From a virus, in IMG/VR virus record IMGVR_UViG_3300004806_000016: a stretch of 64,000 nucleotides of DNA; one strand, written 5' to 3'. Numbering within the stretch: position 1 is the first letter of the stretch; each line of letters starts with the position of its first letter. The notes under the pieces are model-generated. The model had not been told where the DNA came from, ran no database searches, and worked only from the letters and a program-made list of their open reading frames with translations. Shown in pieces: positions 1 through 10,008 of the stretch. Both the position numbers and the translations under genes were made by a program.

Positions 1-1
1 T

Positions 2-415
2 GACCTGCGAAAACTCTGCGGCATCGAGGCTTATGCTCCAACAGACAATGTTAGCGAACTCTCTGCTCGCACAAACGATGAAGGGTTTGATACAGTATTC
101 ATCGAGTATCTACGCACCTCACGGTTTACACAAGGAGACACAGTAATTGTTCTCTCTGTTGGTGGTGGTAGCGTTGAGCGTAACGTATCTGTTGGTCTTA
201 TTAAGGCAATTGATTACGCACATAAAATGGAGGGTTGCGTACTTTCGATTGTGGGTAAAGAAGATGGCTACGCTGCTACAAAGTCTGACCTAGCAGTCGT
301 TGTTCCCCCAGTAAATCCAGATAGAATTACACCACATAGTGAAGCGTTCCAGGCTGTCGTCTGGCATTGTGTAGTTTCACATCCTGAATTGCAAATGAGA
401 AAAACAAAATGGTAA
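2..415 (+). CDS. gmhA: SIS-domain phosphoheptose isomerase (GmhA-like), 5'-truncated by window
   Basis: Frame is open from base 2 (DLRKLCGIEAYAPTDNVSELSARTNDEGFDTVF...LSVGGGS...HSEAFQAVVWH); ND-G and E..Q..H motifs of GmhA/SIS; context with gmhB and hddA. Confidence 0.8.
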   Translation, partial: DLRKLCGIEAYAPTDNVSELSARTNDEGFDTVFIEYLRTSRFTQGDTVIVLSVGGGSVERNVSVGLIKAIDYAHKMEGCVLSIVGKEDGYAATKSDLAVVVPPVNPDRITPHSEAFQAVVWHCVVSHPELQMRKTKW

Positions 416-966
416 AAGCAGTATTTTTTGATAAAGACGGTGTATTGAATAAGCTAGTCAAGCGGCCAACTAAGATGACTGCTCCCTGGACTATTGAAGA
501 GTTGGAGTTCAACTGGCAGTCAAAAGCAGCAGTTAATCTCGTAAAGAAATATGGTTGGAAGACGTTTATGATTACCAATCAGCCAGATTTCTCCGACGAA
601 GATCCAACAGAAGGTACGGATATCGCAGATCTGTTCGCTATTATGCAGTGTACTCTGTCTTATTTTAGGTTTGATGGGTTTGACTATTGCACCGAGAGAA
701 GCTCAGATCATTATAAACCAGCAACAGGAATGGTTGATGATATTGCCAAAGAACATGATATTGATCTGAAACATAGCATCATGATTGGTGATAGCTGGCG
801 CGATATGGTTCTGGCTTACAAGTGCGGAATGAAGAGCTACTATATAGGTAGTAAAGAAGATATAGATTTCTGGCCAGAAGAATGGCGTAATGTAAGACCA
901 GATTATTTCGTCAATAATGTATATGCTGCTTGTAATCATATCGTAAACGGTGGAGCTATGGAATGA
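409..966 (+). CDS. gmhB: HAD-IIIA heptose 1,7-bisphosphate phosphatase (GmhB-like)
   Basis: FFDKDGVLN, ITNQPD, KPATGM and MIGDSWRD motifs. Confidence 0.85.
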   Translation: MVKAVFFDKDGVLNKLVKRPTKMTAPWTIEELEFNWQSKAAVNLVKKYGWKTFMITNQPDFSDEDPTEGTDIADLFAIMQCTLSYFRFDGFDYCTERSSDHYKPATGMVDDIAKEHDIDLKHSIMIGDSWRDMVLAYKCGMKSYYIGSKEDIDFWPEEWRNVRPDYFVNNVYAACNHIVNGGAME

Positions 967-1694
967 AACTATTTGCTGATGGTGCTGACTTTGATGGTAT
1001 TATTGAGGCGGCAAAGGATCTCGAGATTAAAGGATTCACGACTAATCCTACATTGATGCGTAAAGCAGGTGTAACTGATTATGTTAAATTCTCTCAGAGT
1101 CTAATTGAATACCTATACAATAAGAGACCAGACACTTGCTTGAGTCTTGAGGTATTCGCTGATGATAATGAGGGAATGATTCGTCAAGCCAGAGAGATTG
1201 ACTCTTGGTCTGATGAATATCCAGTGTATGTTAAGATTCCTGTAATGAATACGAAAGGCGAATCAACAGAAGAAGTAATCTCTGTATTGTCTAATGAAGG
1301 AATCAAGCTCAACGTAACAGCAGTGTTTACTATCGATCAGGTACGGGATATCGTGAAGTGTATCACTAAAGATACCCCAACTATCATCTCTGTGTTTGCT
1401 GGACGTATTGCTGACTTGGGTCATAATCCAATCCACATCATGGAAGAAGCAATACAGATTATTGACGCTGGTCTACGCAATTATCCAAACAAGACTACTG
1501 AATTGCTATGGGCCAGCCCACGCGAGGCATATAATTATATTGAAGCATCTAATATTGGTTGTGATATTATTACGATGACACCTGACCTAATTAAGAAGGT
1601 AAAGGGTTTCCGTTCTAAGTCACTAGAGCAGTTCTCAAAAGAAACGGTTCAAATGTTTTGTAATGATGCGGTGGCAAGTGGATTTAAAATATAA
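963..1694 (+). CDS. talC: Transaldolase family protein (TalC/FSA type)
   Basis: GFTTNPTL, YVKIP (Schiff-base Lys), LNVTAVF, SVFAGR, WASPRE. Confidence 0.9.
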   Translation: MKLFADGADFDGIIEAAKDLEIKGFTTNPTLMRKAGVTDYVKFSQSLIEYLYNKRPDTCLSLEVFADDNEGMIRQAREIDSWSDEYPVYVKIPVMNTKGESTEEVISVLSNEGIKLNVTAVFTIDQVRDIVKCITKDTPTIISVFAGRIADLGHNPIHIMEEAIQIIDAGLRNYPNKTTELLWASPREAYNYIEASNIGCDIITMTPDLIKKVKGFRSKSLEQFSKETVQMFCNDAVASGFKI

Positions 1695-2451
1695 AAAAGC
1701 ACTCGTAACAGGTGGTACTCGCGGACTCGGTAAAGTTGTTGCTGAGTTGTTTACGTCAAAGGGTATTGATGTCGTAACCTGTTCTAGAGGAAAACAGGAT
1801 ACACCAAATCATTACCAGTGTGATGTATCCAGTGCTTGGACTGTATCTAGGATGATTAAAGATCATCAAGATCTAGATATTATCGTCTGTAACGCTGGTA
1901 TATATGGGCCGATTGGGCCACTAGAAACTATCAAACCAGACAACTGGAAACAGACCATAGAAGTCAATCTAATGGGTGTTGTTAATGTGTGTCGGTTTGC
2001 CGTTCCCATCTTAAAAGCAAATGGTAAGGGTAAGATCATCATCCTATCGGGTGGTGGTGCTACTCAACCCATGCCTAATTTCTCAGCGTATGCAGCATCA
2101 AAGGCAGCTGTCGTTAGATTCGGCGAGACACTAGCAGAAGAGCTGAGGGAATTTAACATTGATGTTAATTGTGTTGCTCCAGGATCATTGAATACTGACT
2201 TTATGGAACAGGCAATTGCCGCTGGCCCAGAGCTAGCGGGTCAGTCATTTTATGATAGGATGATAAAGCAACAACAAGAGGGTGGTGCTGATATCAATAT
2301 AGCTGCTGAGTTGTGTTACTTCCTAGCATCAGAACAGAGTGATGGATTAACAGGTAAATTAGTAGCAGCCCAGTGGGACGACTGGAAAAATATGGATAAA
2401 TACAATACGACTGGTGATTTATATACATTAAGAAGAGTGAATAAACAATGA
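1678..2451 (+). CDS. Short-chain dehydrogenase/reductase
   Basis: TGGTRGLG, NAG and YAASK motifs; start uncertain (GTG 1678 or ATG 1663). Confidence 0.9.
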   Translation: MDLKYKKALVTGGTRGLGKVVAELFTSKGIDVVTCSRGKQDTPNHYQCDVSSAWTVSRMIKDHQDLDIIVCNAGIYGPIGPLETIKPDNWKQTIEVNLMGVVNVCRFAVPILKANGKGKIIILSGGGATQPMPNFSAYAASKAAVVRFGETLAEELREFNIDVNCVAPGSLNTDFMEQAIAAGPELAGQSFYDRMIKQQQEGGADINIAAELCYFLASEQSDGLTGKLVAAQWDDWKNMDKYNTTGDLYTLRRVNKQ

Positions 2452-3428
2452 ATATAGCTATAGTAGGATGTGGCCTTGTAGGTAACAAGAGAGCAAAACA
2501 ACTGGCTGGTTGTAAGTTAGTTGCCGTCCACGATATAAACAAACAAAAATGCATTGACTTAATTTCCGCAACAGGTTATACTGATTGTGTGATAGAAAAC
2601 GACTGGAAGAATGCCGTTACCCGAAACGATGTTGATGTTGTCATCGTTGCTACAATGCATAATATGTTAGCAGAGATTACGATCGCAGCATTAGAAGCAG
2701 GTAAACATGTATTGGTTGAGAAGCCAGTCGGTAAAGATATTGAAGACATCAACAATATCATCCTAGCAGCAGATAAAGCTGGTAAGATGGTTCGTGTTGG
2801 TTTCAATCATCGCTACCATCCTGCTATGATGAAAGCAACCAAGCTGATCGAACAGGGATACATTGGTGATATCATGTATATCCGTGCTCGCTACGGGCAT
2901 GGTGGTCGCGTAGGATACAACAAAGAATGGCGTGGTGACCCTAAGTTGGCTGGCGGTGGTGAGCTGGTCGAACAGGGTATTCATATCATTGACCTCGCTC
3001 AGAAGTTCTTGGGTAAATTTACTGATGTAAAGGGTTTCGCCGAGACATTCTATTGGGATCAGGTGTTGGATGATAATGCTTTCCTAACACTGCGTAACGA
3101 TAAGAAACAGACAGCATTCATTCATGTAAGCTGTACCGAATGGAAGAATACCTTCTCGTTTGAGATCTACGGCAAGAAGGGTAAGCTAGAAGTCAATGGT
3201 CTTGGCGGTAGCTACGGTATTGAGACTCTCAAGTATTATGAAGTCAGACCAGAGATGGGCCCACCACATACAACTATCTGGGAATACCCACAGGAAGATA
3301 AGTCTTGGGAACAAGAGATCATCGAATTTATGGAAGATATTAGAACTAACAGAACACCAGAAGCAGGACTACAGAGTGCTAGGAATGCTTGGGAAGTAAT
3401 CAACATAATCTATGGAGCAAGTAAATAA
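2448..3428 (+). CDS. Gfo/Idh/MocA family oxidoreductase
   Basis: IVGCGLVG, GKHVLVEKP, GFNHRY, GGGEL...GIHIID. Confidence 0.9.
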   Translation: MNIAIVGCGLVGNKRAKQLAGCKLVAVHDINKQKCIDLISATGYTDCVIENDWKNAVTRNDVDVVIVATMHNMLAEITIAALEAGKHVLVEKPVGKDIEDINNIILAADKAGKMVRVGFNHRYHPAMMKATKLIEQGYIGDIMYIRARYGHGGRVGYNKEWRGDPKLAGGGELVEQGIHIIDLAQKFLGKFTDVKGFAETFYWDQVLDDNAFLTLRNDKKQTAFIHVSCTEWKNTFSFEIYGKKGKLEVNGLGGSYGIETLKYYEVRPEMGPPHTTIWEYPQEDKSWEQEIIEFMEDIRTNRTPEAGLQSARNAWEVINIIYGASK

Positions 3429-4036
3429 TGGCTATCGAGAAAAGATTATTGTTAACAAGATTGGCTAACTGCCCTGTGCTTAATCTTGGTGAATACACAT
3501 ATGGTATGCCGCAAGGATTGGTGTTAGAATTTGGCGTTCACGTTGGTAATACTATCAGAGCAATCTCTCATTTTACTGATCGACCAGTGTTTGGCTTCGA
3601 TTCCTTTGAGGGATTGCCAGAAGATTGGTCTGGTGCTGGTGGTGTAAAGAAAGGCCATTTCGCCTGTGAGATCCCAGAAAATCTCAGACACAATGTGGTT
3701 CTTGTAAAGGGTTGGTTCGAGGATACACTGGGCCCATTCTGTAAGGCAATGAACCATAACAAAGTTGCTTTCGTTCATATTGACTGCGACATTTACTCTG
3801 GTGCTAAGACTATCTTTGGTGAGTTGACCAAGGCAGATATGTGGCAAGATGGTAGCGTTATTGTATTTGATGAGATTGCTGGCTATCCTGGATGGGAAGA
3901 AGGCGAGTTCAAAGCATTCAATGAGTTTCTTGATGCTACTGGTTGGAGATGGAAACTGTTAGGTATTCATGGCGGTAACAGAGCAGACCTAGACCAAGGT
4001 GGTGAAGTTAAGTGTGCCTTTAAGATCTTTAAGTGA
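3428..4036 (+). CDS. TylF/MycF-like SAM-dependent O-methyltransferase
   Basis: LEFGV..G, GFDSFEGLPEDW, VKGWFEDTL, HIDCDIYS, VFDE motifs. Confidence 0.8.
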   Translation: MAIEKRLLLTRLANCPVLNLGEYTYGMPQGLVLEFGVHVGNTIRAISHFTDRPVFGFDSFEGLPEDWSGAGGVKKGHFACEIPENLRHNVVLVKGWFEDTLGPFCKAMNHNKVAFVHIDCDIYSGAKTIFGELTKADMWQDGSVIVFDEIAGYPGWEEGEFKAFNEFLDATGWRWKLLGIHGGNRADLDQGGEVKCAFKIFK

Positions 4037-4043
4037 GAGTAAA

Positions 4044-5072
4044 ATGGAAAATAACTTTGATCTAATAGAACAGAATGAAGCAGGTAAGAATGCAAACGGC
4101 GGAACCGAACTATTCATGCGGTTCCTCTATGGTGGTAGAATTCCTCGTGAGTTGTTAGTCAATACTCAGATTATACCTGGACGTATCAGAGAATTAGATT
4201 CGTCAAAGATTCGCGTATTAACATTACATGATCTACCAGAAGATCCTGAATGTCAGAAACTGAAGGACGCTCATTTCCGTAAGAAATTTCATAAGATAGT
4301 ATTCATCTCAAACTGGCAGTATCAACGGTTCAGAGATATTTTACGTGTTCCCTATTCAACAGAACATACTGTTATTGAAAATGGTTTAGAGCCAATAGAT
4401 GTTGATATTGATAAGAAACCAGATGTTGATGATGTCGTTAATATCTGTTACATTACTACACCTCATCGTGGCCTAGAACTATTGGTACCGATGTTTGAGA
4501 TGTTAGCCAAGGAAGATAAGAAGATACACCTACACGTTCACTCTTCCTTCAATATGTATGGCTGGCCCGATGCTGATAAGCCATACGAAAAACTATTTGA
4601 TACATGTAAGAGTCACCCACAGATTACATATCACGGATATACTGAGTTCAACCAACTTAGAGGGATGATGAAAGACTATCATATCTGTGCCTATCCTTCT
4701 ATCTGGGAAGAGACTGCCTGTCGTTCTATCCTAGAAGCAATGAGTGCTGGTATGTTGTGCGTTCATCCTAACTTTGGTGCATTGTTTGATACGACTGGCG
4801 GCATGAATTTTATGTATGATGGTTCTGCTGATAAGAGACAACATGCTGATATGTTTGGCGAACACCTCTATTCTGCTATCATGGCTGTTAGAACTAAGTC
4901 TGATGCTGTTCGTTCTCGTCTGTTGTTTAACAAGTCATATGTTGATACACGCTATCATCCTGACCTAGCAATCAGCCGCTGGAACAGAATGCTTGGTGAT
5001 CTAAACGATAAGTATGATACACCAGAAAAGAGAAAACTAGAAACACAAATGTTCTCATACAAGGTAGGATAA
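4044..5072 (+). CDS. GT-B (GT4-like) glycosyltransferase
   Basis: GGTE at N-terminus, TPHRGL, YPSIWEETAC..ILEAMSAG (E-x7-E). Confidence 0.85.
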   Translation: MENNFDLIEQNEAGKNANGGTELFMRFLYGGRIPRELLVNTQIIPGRIRELDSSKIRVLTLHDLPEDPECQKLKDAHFRKKFHKIVFISNWQYQRFRDILRVPYSTEHTVIENGLEPIDVDIDKKPDVDDVVNICYITTPHRGLELLVPMFEMLAKEDKKIHLHVHSSFNMYGWPDADKPYEKLFDTCKSHPQITYHGYTEFNQLRGMMKDYHICAYPSIWEETACRSILEAMSAGMLCVHPNFGALFDTTGGMNFMYDGSADKRQHADMFGEHLYSAIMAVRTKSDAVRSRLLFNKSYVDTRYHPDLAISRWNRMLGDLNDKYDTPEKRKLETQMFSYKVG

Positions 5073-6058
5073 TGATCTTAACAAAGACTCCATTACGTAT
5101 CAGTTTCTTCAGCGGTGGCAGCGATCTGCCATCGTTTTATTCTAAGGAAGATGGTGCTGCTCTCTCTGTTACTATAAGCAAATACATCTATGTCATGGTT
5201 CATAAGACACCTCACCTCGGTGTTAAAGTGATGTACGATCAGATTGAAGAATTTCCTGATGTTGAGGCAATGCAAACAAACATTACCAGCGAGACATTGA
5301 AGTACTTCAACATTGAGAAAGAAATAACAGTAGCATCTATATCTGATATTCTATCTAAGGGATCAGGTCTAGGATCATCATCTGCTTTTACCGTTGGTCT
5401 GATTAATGCATTATCAGCAAGTAAATGGGGTGTTGCCTCTAATGGTTACCTAGCAGATATTGCCTGCGAGATAGAGATGAATAGATGTAACTATCCCGTA
5501 GGAAAACAAGACCAGTATGCTGCTGCTTATGGTGGGCTGAACCTATTTCGTTTTAGAAAAAATGGTGAGGTATCAGTAGACCATACAAATGTTTCCCTTT
5601 CTACCCTAGGCAAATTAGAATCAAATCTAATGCTAGTATATAGTGGAAAGGGCAGATCAGCAAATAGTATCTTACAGAAACAATCAGCAGCAATGAGTGA
5701 TGCTGATAAGTTCAATCTAGTAAGACGTAGCAGAGACAAAGCATTTACTGGTCTTGAATACCTGCGCAATGGTGATGTTGACTCTTTTGGTGACCTATTA
5801 CATGAGGCATGGCTAGATAAGAAAGGAGTAGTCAGCGAGATAACACAAGACTACTTCGATGACGTGTATCAAAATATAAGAATAGCTGGAGCAATTGGTG
5901 GTAAACTACTTGGTGCTGGCGGTGGTGGTTTCTTTATATTCTATGTTACTCCTGATAAACAAGAGCATGTCAGACATCATATTGAAAACTATACTTCATG
6001 TAAAGTGTATGACTTCAAATTCACTGATCGTGGATCCCAAATAGTTTCAATTTGCTAA
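5072..6058 (+). CDS. hddA: GHMP kinase, HddA-like heptose-7-phosphate kinase
   Basis: TPLRISFFSGGSD, GSGLGSSS, GKQDQY, GGKLLGAGGGGF. Confidence 0.85.
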   Translation: MILTKTPLRISFFSGGSDLPSFYSKEDGAALSVTISKYIYVMVHKTPHLGVKVMYDQIEEFPDVEAMQTNITSETLKYFNIEKEITVASISDILSKGSGLGSSSAFTVGLINALSASKWGVASNGYLADIACEIEMNRCNYPVGKQDQYAAAYGGLNLFRFRKNGEVSVDHTNVSLSTLGKLESNLMLVYSGKGRSANSILQKQSAAMSDADKFNLVRRSRDKAFTGLEYLRNGDVDSFGDLLHEAWLDKKGVVSEITQDYFDDVYQNIRIAGAIGGKLLGAGGGGFFIFYVTPDKQEHVRHHIENYTSCKVYDFKFTDRGSQIVSIC

Positions 6059-6068
6059 ATAATAGTGC

Positions 6069-6097
6069 TTGACTTATTACGAGAAAAGCATTATTAT
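6069..6097 (+). promoter_or_regulatory. Early-type sigma70 promoter
   Basis: AATAGTGC-TTGACT-17-TATTAT; same upstream element as the early cassette. Confidence 0.6.
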
Positions 6098-6114
6098 AAT
6101 CATAGGTAAAACAT

Positions 6115-6495
6115 ATGGATAATGTAATCAAGTTTCCTAAGAACAACATTAATCCTTCGTTCGTTCCCAACGATCTGAACGAGATTGATGAAAGAATGCA
6201 AATGATAAAGTTCCAACATATCATTGAGACTCTTGAGACTATTCTACCTACACTATTCCAGCAGATTGAACTTGCTGGTTTCAATATAAACGACGAAGAA
6301 GATATATCTATTAAAGATGGTGCGTTTGTGATAGAAGCAATTAGATCATTCCTATGTAAGACGCATGGTATAGACCATCCGTTTCAGACAATAGCAGAGG
6401 AAGTATTTGAGCGAACAAGCGATACTACCTTTAGAATTATTGATAAGCTGAATGTTACACTTAAAGAAGACATGATGGAGAAAGGAACCAGCTAA
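6115..6495 (+). CDS. Conserved T4-like hypothetical protein
   Basis: ORF starting DNVIKFP, in the usual position before RNase H. Confidence 0.65.
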   Translation: MDNVIKFPKNNINPSFVPNDLNEIDERMQMIKFQHIIETLETILPTLFQQIELAGFNINDEEDISIKDGAFVIEAIRSFLCKTHGIDHPFQTIAEEVFERTSDTTFRIIDKLNVTLKEDMMEKGTS

Positions 6496-6512
6496 TAACT
6501 GGTTGTTATAAT

Positions 6513-7361
6513 ATGATTATTGTTGACCTCAATCAAGTAATGCTGTCTAATCTACTAATGCAATTGGGTAATCATACAAACGCTCAACTAGAAGAGAACA
6601 TGGTACGCCATATGGTTCTCAATTCATTACGTTCTTATAGGCAGAAGTTCGGTAGTGAATATGGTGAGTTGGTGATTGCTTGTGATAACACCAACTACTG
6701 GCGTAAACAGGTTTTCCCATATTATAAGGCGAACCGTAAAAAGAATCAAGAGAAATCTGAGCTTAACTGGCAATCAATCTTTGAGTGCATGAATAAGATT
6801 CGTGCTGAGCTCAAGGAGTATTTCCCATACAAAGTAATTGATATTGAATCAGCTGAGGCGGATGATATCATTGCCACACTCGTGAAAGAGTTTAGCGAGT
6901 TTCCAGCCCAAGATATCCTAATCTTATCTGGTGATAAAGACTTCATTCAATTACATGTGAATGATAACGTAAAGCAGTATGATCCAGTACGTAAAAAGTA
7001 TATCAAACATGCTGATCCTGTACGTTACCTCAAAGAGCATGTATTAAAGGGAGACTCGGGCGATGGCGTACCTAATGTGCTTTCTAATGACAATTGTTTT
7101 GTTGTTGGTGAGCGTCAGAAGCCATTGACTCAAAAGAAGATTGATGCTTTGTTAGATACAGATATTGATGAAAAGCATCCTAACTATCGCAATTACATGC
7201 GAAACAAACAACTGATTGACCTAAGTATGGTTCCTATTGATATTTCTATGAAAGTGATGGAATCATATGATAGTCAGTCATCAAAAGGTCGTGAGAAATT
7301 ACTTAATTATTTTATCGTGAACAAACTGAAACATTTAACAGAACATATTTCGGAGTTTTAA
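6513..7361 (+). CDS. rnh: T4-type RNase H (5'-3' exonuclease)
   Basis: IIVDLNQ, YWRK..FPYYKANRK, EADDIIA, SGDKDFIQL, GDSGDGVPN. Confidence 0.95.
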   Translation: MIIVDLNQVMLSNLLMQLGNHTNAQLEENMVRHMVLNSLRSYRQKFGSEYGELVIACDNTNYWRKQVFPYYKANRKKNQEKSELNWQSIFECMNKIRAELKEYFPYKVIDIESAEADDIIATLVKEFSEFPAQDILILSGDKDFIQLHVNDNVKQYDPVRKKYIKHADPVRYLKEHVLKGDSGDGVPNVLSNDNCFVVGERQKPLTQKKIDALLDTDIDEKHPNYRNYMRNKQLIDLSMVPIDISMKVMESYDSQSSKGREKLLNYFIVNKLKHLTEHISEF

Positions 7362-7365
7362 TAAT

Positions 7366-7860
7366 ATGGCAACTAGAGTAGGCGTGGCCGAGTTCTTAGA
7401 GAAGGTAAGTAAACTAGGAACAGAACAAGAAATGATAGATGCGCTCAAATTTAATGATAGCGTAATCTTGCGAATGGTGCTTCAGGGAGCATATGATCCC
7501 GCAGTAAAATGGTTGTTACCTGAAGGTAGACCACCATACAAAGTAAATGATCTAGTAGATCAAGAGAATGTATTCATTCGCGAACACCGTAAGCTGACCT
7601 ATTTTGTTGAGGGATTCTATCCTAATCTACCTCAGACCAAGCGCGAACAGATGTTTATTGAATTGTTAGAGACGATAGCACCAGCCGATGCTGAAATGTT
7701 ATGCGCGATCAAAGATAAACAGTTTCCTTGGCCTAGAATCACAGAAGAAGTTGTAAGAACAGCATTCCCTGATATGATACCTACACCAATGGAACCAAAG
7801 TTGGTTTTGCCTACACCAAAAAAGAAGTTATCCGACAAAGTAAAGGAGATCACTGGTTAA
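7366..7860 (+). CDS. Conserved T4-like hypothetical protein
   Basis: W.LPEG.PPY and KREQMFI.LLE motifs typical of the gene following rnh in T4-like phages. Confidence 0.7.
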   Translation: MATRVGVAEFLEKVSKLGTEQEMIDALKFNDSVILRMVLQGAYDPAVKWLLPEGRPPYKVNDLVDQENVFIREHRKLTYFVEGFYPNLPQTKREQMFIELLETIAPADAEMLCAIKDKQFPWPRITEEVVRTAFPDMIPTPMEPKLVLPTPKKKLSDKVKEITG

Positions 7861-7861
7861 C

Positions 7862-8065
7862 ATGTCTAAGTCTAAGAACACAAGGTATAACAATCATAAT
7901 GATGATCGTGATTATATTGATGGTGATGATGTTAGAAGGGAACGTAATAATAAACGAGATAAGCGACTGTCTCGCGCTATTAAGACCAAGAACATAGATC
8001 AATTGCTTGAGTTGGAAGAATACAACGAGGAACAATATAGTTATGCCAACATATACGTTCGTTAA
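7862..8065 (+). CDS. Hypothetical protein
   Basis: Tightly packed ORF. Confidence 0.55.
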   Translation: MSKSKNTRYNNHNDDRDYIDGDDVRRERNNKRDKRLSRAIKTKNIDQLLELEEYNEEQYSYANIYVR

Positions 8066-8279
8066 CAATGATACTGGTGATTACTTTGAAGAATTCATGT
8101 CAATGAGTGAGTTAGATAATTATCTAAAAGCAAACCCAAATGTAACACAAACGATTGGTGCAGTGAACCTAATATCTGGTGTGCCTAAGAAACCAGATGA
8201 TAGCTTTAGAGACATTCTAAGAAACATCAAAAAGGGTAACTCTAAAGGATTTACAAGGAGCACGATCAATACTTTCTAG
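8043..8279 (+). CDS. FmdB-like small protein (no CxxC)
   Basis: MPTYTF...TG..FE start; RBS GAGG; lies before phoH as in T4-like phages. Confidence 0.7.
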   Translation: MPTYTFVNNDTGDYFEEFMSMSELDNYLKANPNVTQTIGAVNLISGVPKKPDDSFRDILRNIKKGNSKGFTRSTINTF

Positions 8280-8288
8280 GAATATTAA

Positions 8289-9035
8289 ATGGTTCAACCC
8301 CCAAGAATATCAAGAAAAGAAAAAAGAAAACAACAACAAGAGGGTAATAATAAGAACGATAACAGTGTAAAACTGAACTTCAAACTAAGAAACATTGAAC
8401 CGTTAACGGAGAATCAAAAGAGAACGTTTGAAGCATACTATGAAGGCAAGAACCTAATGTTACATGGTATTGCCGGAACGGGTAAGTCCTTTATCGCTAA
8501 CTATCTAGCAACCAAAGAGATACTAGAAGAGAATAGCAGATATAAGAAACTAGTAATCGTTAGATCAGTGGTACCAACTAGAGATATGGGCTTTCTACCA
8601 GGAAGCAATAGAGAGAAGACCAAGGTATATGAAGCACCATATCAGGCAATCTTTACTGAGTTGTTTAATAGGGGTGACGCTTATGAATACCTCAAGCAAC
8701 GAAACATTGTTGAATTCATTAGCACATCGTTCATTCGCGGTATAACATTGAATGATTGTATTGTTGTCGTTGATGAGATAGCAAATCTTACATTACATGA
8801 GCTTGATTCTGTTATCACTCGTGTTGGTCGTAATTGTAAGATACTATTCTGTGGTGATTTTAGACAATCAGACTTCACCAAAGAACATGAAAAGAATGGG
8901 CTGGTTGACTTTATGAAAATAATAGATAGAATGAAGTCGTTCGAATTTATAGATTTCGACGAGAACGACATAGTTAGATCAGCAATGGTGAAGGAATATA
9001 TAATTGCAAAAGATAGACTCAAAATCGTCGCATAA
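8289..9035 (+). CDS. phoH: PhoH family ATPase
   Basis: GIAGTGKS, RDMGFLPG, FIRGITL, VDE, GDFRQSD, DIVRS. Confidence 0.95.
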   Translation: MVQPPRISRKEKRKQQQEGNNKNDNSVKLNFKLRNIEPLTENQKRTFEAYYEGKNLMLHGIAGTGKSFIANYLATKEILEENSRYKKLVIVRSVVPTRDMGFLPGSNREKTKVYEAPYQAIFTELFNRGDAYEYLKQRNIVEFISTSFIRGITLNDCIVVVDEIANLTLHELDSVITRVGRNCKILFCGDFRQSDFTKEHEKNGLVDFMKIIDRMKSFEFIDFDENDIVRSAMVKEYIIAKDRLKIVA

Positions 9036-9675
9036 CTTTGACCTACAACTATTACCAAAGTCAAAGATAGTACGAGAAGTAATAAACGGAAAGCGCCATT
9101 ATGTAACACCTGATGGCGTTTTCCCATCTGTAACGACTGTACTTGGTAGAGTACAAGATAAGACAGCATTGAACGAGTGGCGTGCTAGAGTAGGCGAAGC
9201 AGAAGCCAATAAGATAAGCACTCAAGCAGCAAACAGAGGTACAGCAGTACATGATATGCTTGAGAAATACGTCAAGAGAGAAGACTATCAAGTAGGCCAG
9301 ATGCCCGCCAACAAATTGATGTTTGACTCTATTAGATCTGTACTAGACAAGAACCTAACCAAAGTATACGGTATAGAGTATCCACTCTGGTCTAAGCGAT
9401 TGTATACTGCTGGAACTACTGATATGATTGGTGAATACAATGGAGTAACAAGTATTGTTGACTTCAAGACCAGTCGTAGACTCAAGGAAGAGAGTTGGAT
9501 CGAGTCATATTTCCTACAATCAACAGTATATGCTATGATGACCGAAGCAAGGACTGACCTAATAGTTCCTCAGATCGTAATCATTATTGGTGTTGATGAT
9601 GAACCAGAGCCACAAATATTTGTGAAGTCTTCCTATGACTTCCGTGATAAGGTTCAAACCATTTTCAAAAAATAA
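9004..9675 (+). CDS. PD-(D/E)XK exonuclease (T4-like exonuclease A)
   Basis: PSVTTVL, RGTAVH, AGTTD, IVDFKTS, YFLQ..Y; start uncertain. Confidence 0.85.
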   Translation: MQKIDSKSSHNFDLQLLPKSKIVREVINGKRHYVTPDGVFPSVTTVLGRVQDKTALNEWRARVGEAEANKISTQAANRGTAVHDMLEKYVKREDYQVGQMPANKLMFDSIRSVLDKNLTKVYGIEYPLWSKRLYTAGTTDMIGEYNGVTSIVDFKTSRRLKEESWIESYFLQSTVYAMMTEARTDLIVPQIVIIIGVDDEPEPQIFVKSSYDFRDKVQTIFKK

Positions 9676-9698
9676 TTTAATTTTTTCAAAAAAAGTGG

Positions 9699-9728
9699 TT
9701 GACTTTTTTTAGCACATTCACGTATGAT
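9699..9728 (+). promoter_or_regulatory. Early promoter cassette copy 1
   Basis: TTGACT-18-TATGAT followed by GATAATATGATG. Confidence 0.7.
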
Positions 9729-9755
9729 GATAATATGATGAATGAGGGAAAGCAA

Positions 9756-9950
9756 ATGACAAACCAAGAGATCGCTAAGTCAATCCGCCATAATCTGTTC
9801 GCTGAACGTGACAATCTGAAGGAGGCGTTTGATTATGCCTTTAAGACATTCCGTACGCTTGGCGCCAATGAACTGGCGGCGACCACGGCATTGTTCGTGG
9901 TGCTGAATACGCTCGCAAATGAATTAGAGAAAAGTGAAAAAACTGTTTGA
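9756..9950 (+). CDS. Early hypothetical protein
   Basis: RBS GAGGG plus ATG downstream of the promoter. Confidence 0.7.
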   Translation: MTNQEIAKSIRHNLFAERDNLKEAFDYAFKTFRTLGANELAATTALFVVLNTLANELEKSEKTV

Positions 9951-9975
9951 CTTTTTTTCAAAATGAACGTATGAT
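9947..9975 (+). promoter_or_regulatory. Early promoter cassette copy 2
   Basis: TTGACT-17-TATGAT-GATAATATGATGATG. Confidence 0.8.
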
Positions 9976-10008
9976 GATAATATGATGATGAAGCAAAGGA
10001 AGAGCGAT

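Noticed and set aside
963-1694. talC as a cyanophage pentose-phosphate auxiliary gene
   Set aside because: Embedded in a sugar-nucleotide operon; no photosynthesis, zwf, gnd or cp12 genes in the window; tmRNA points to an alphaproteobacterial host
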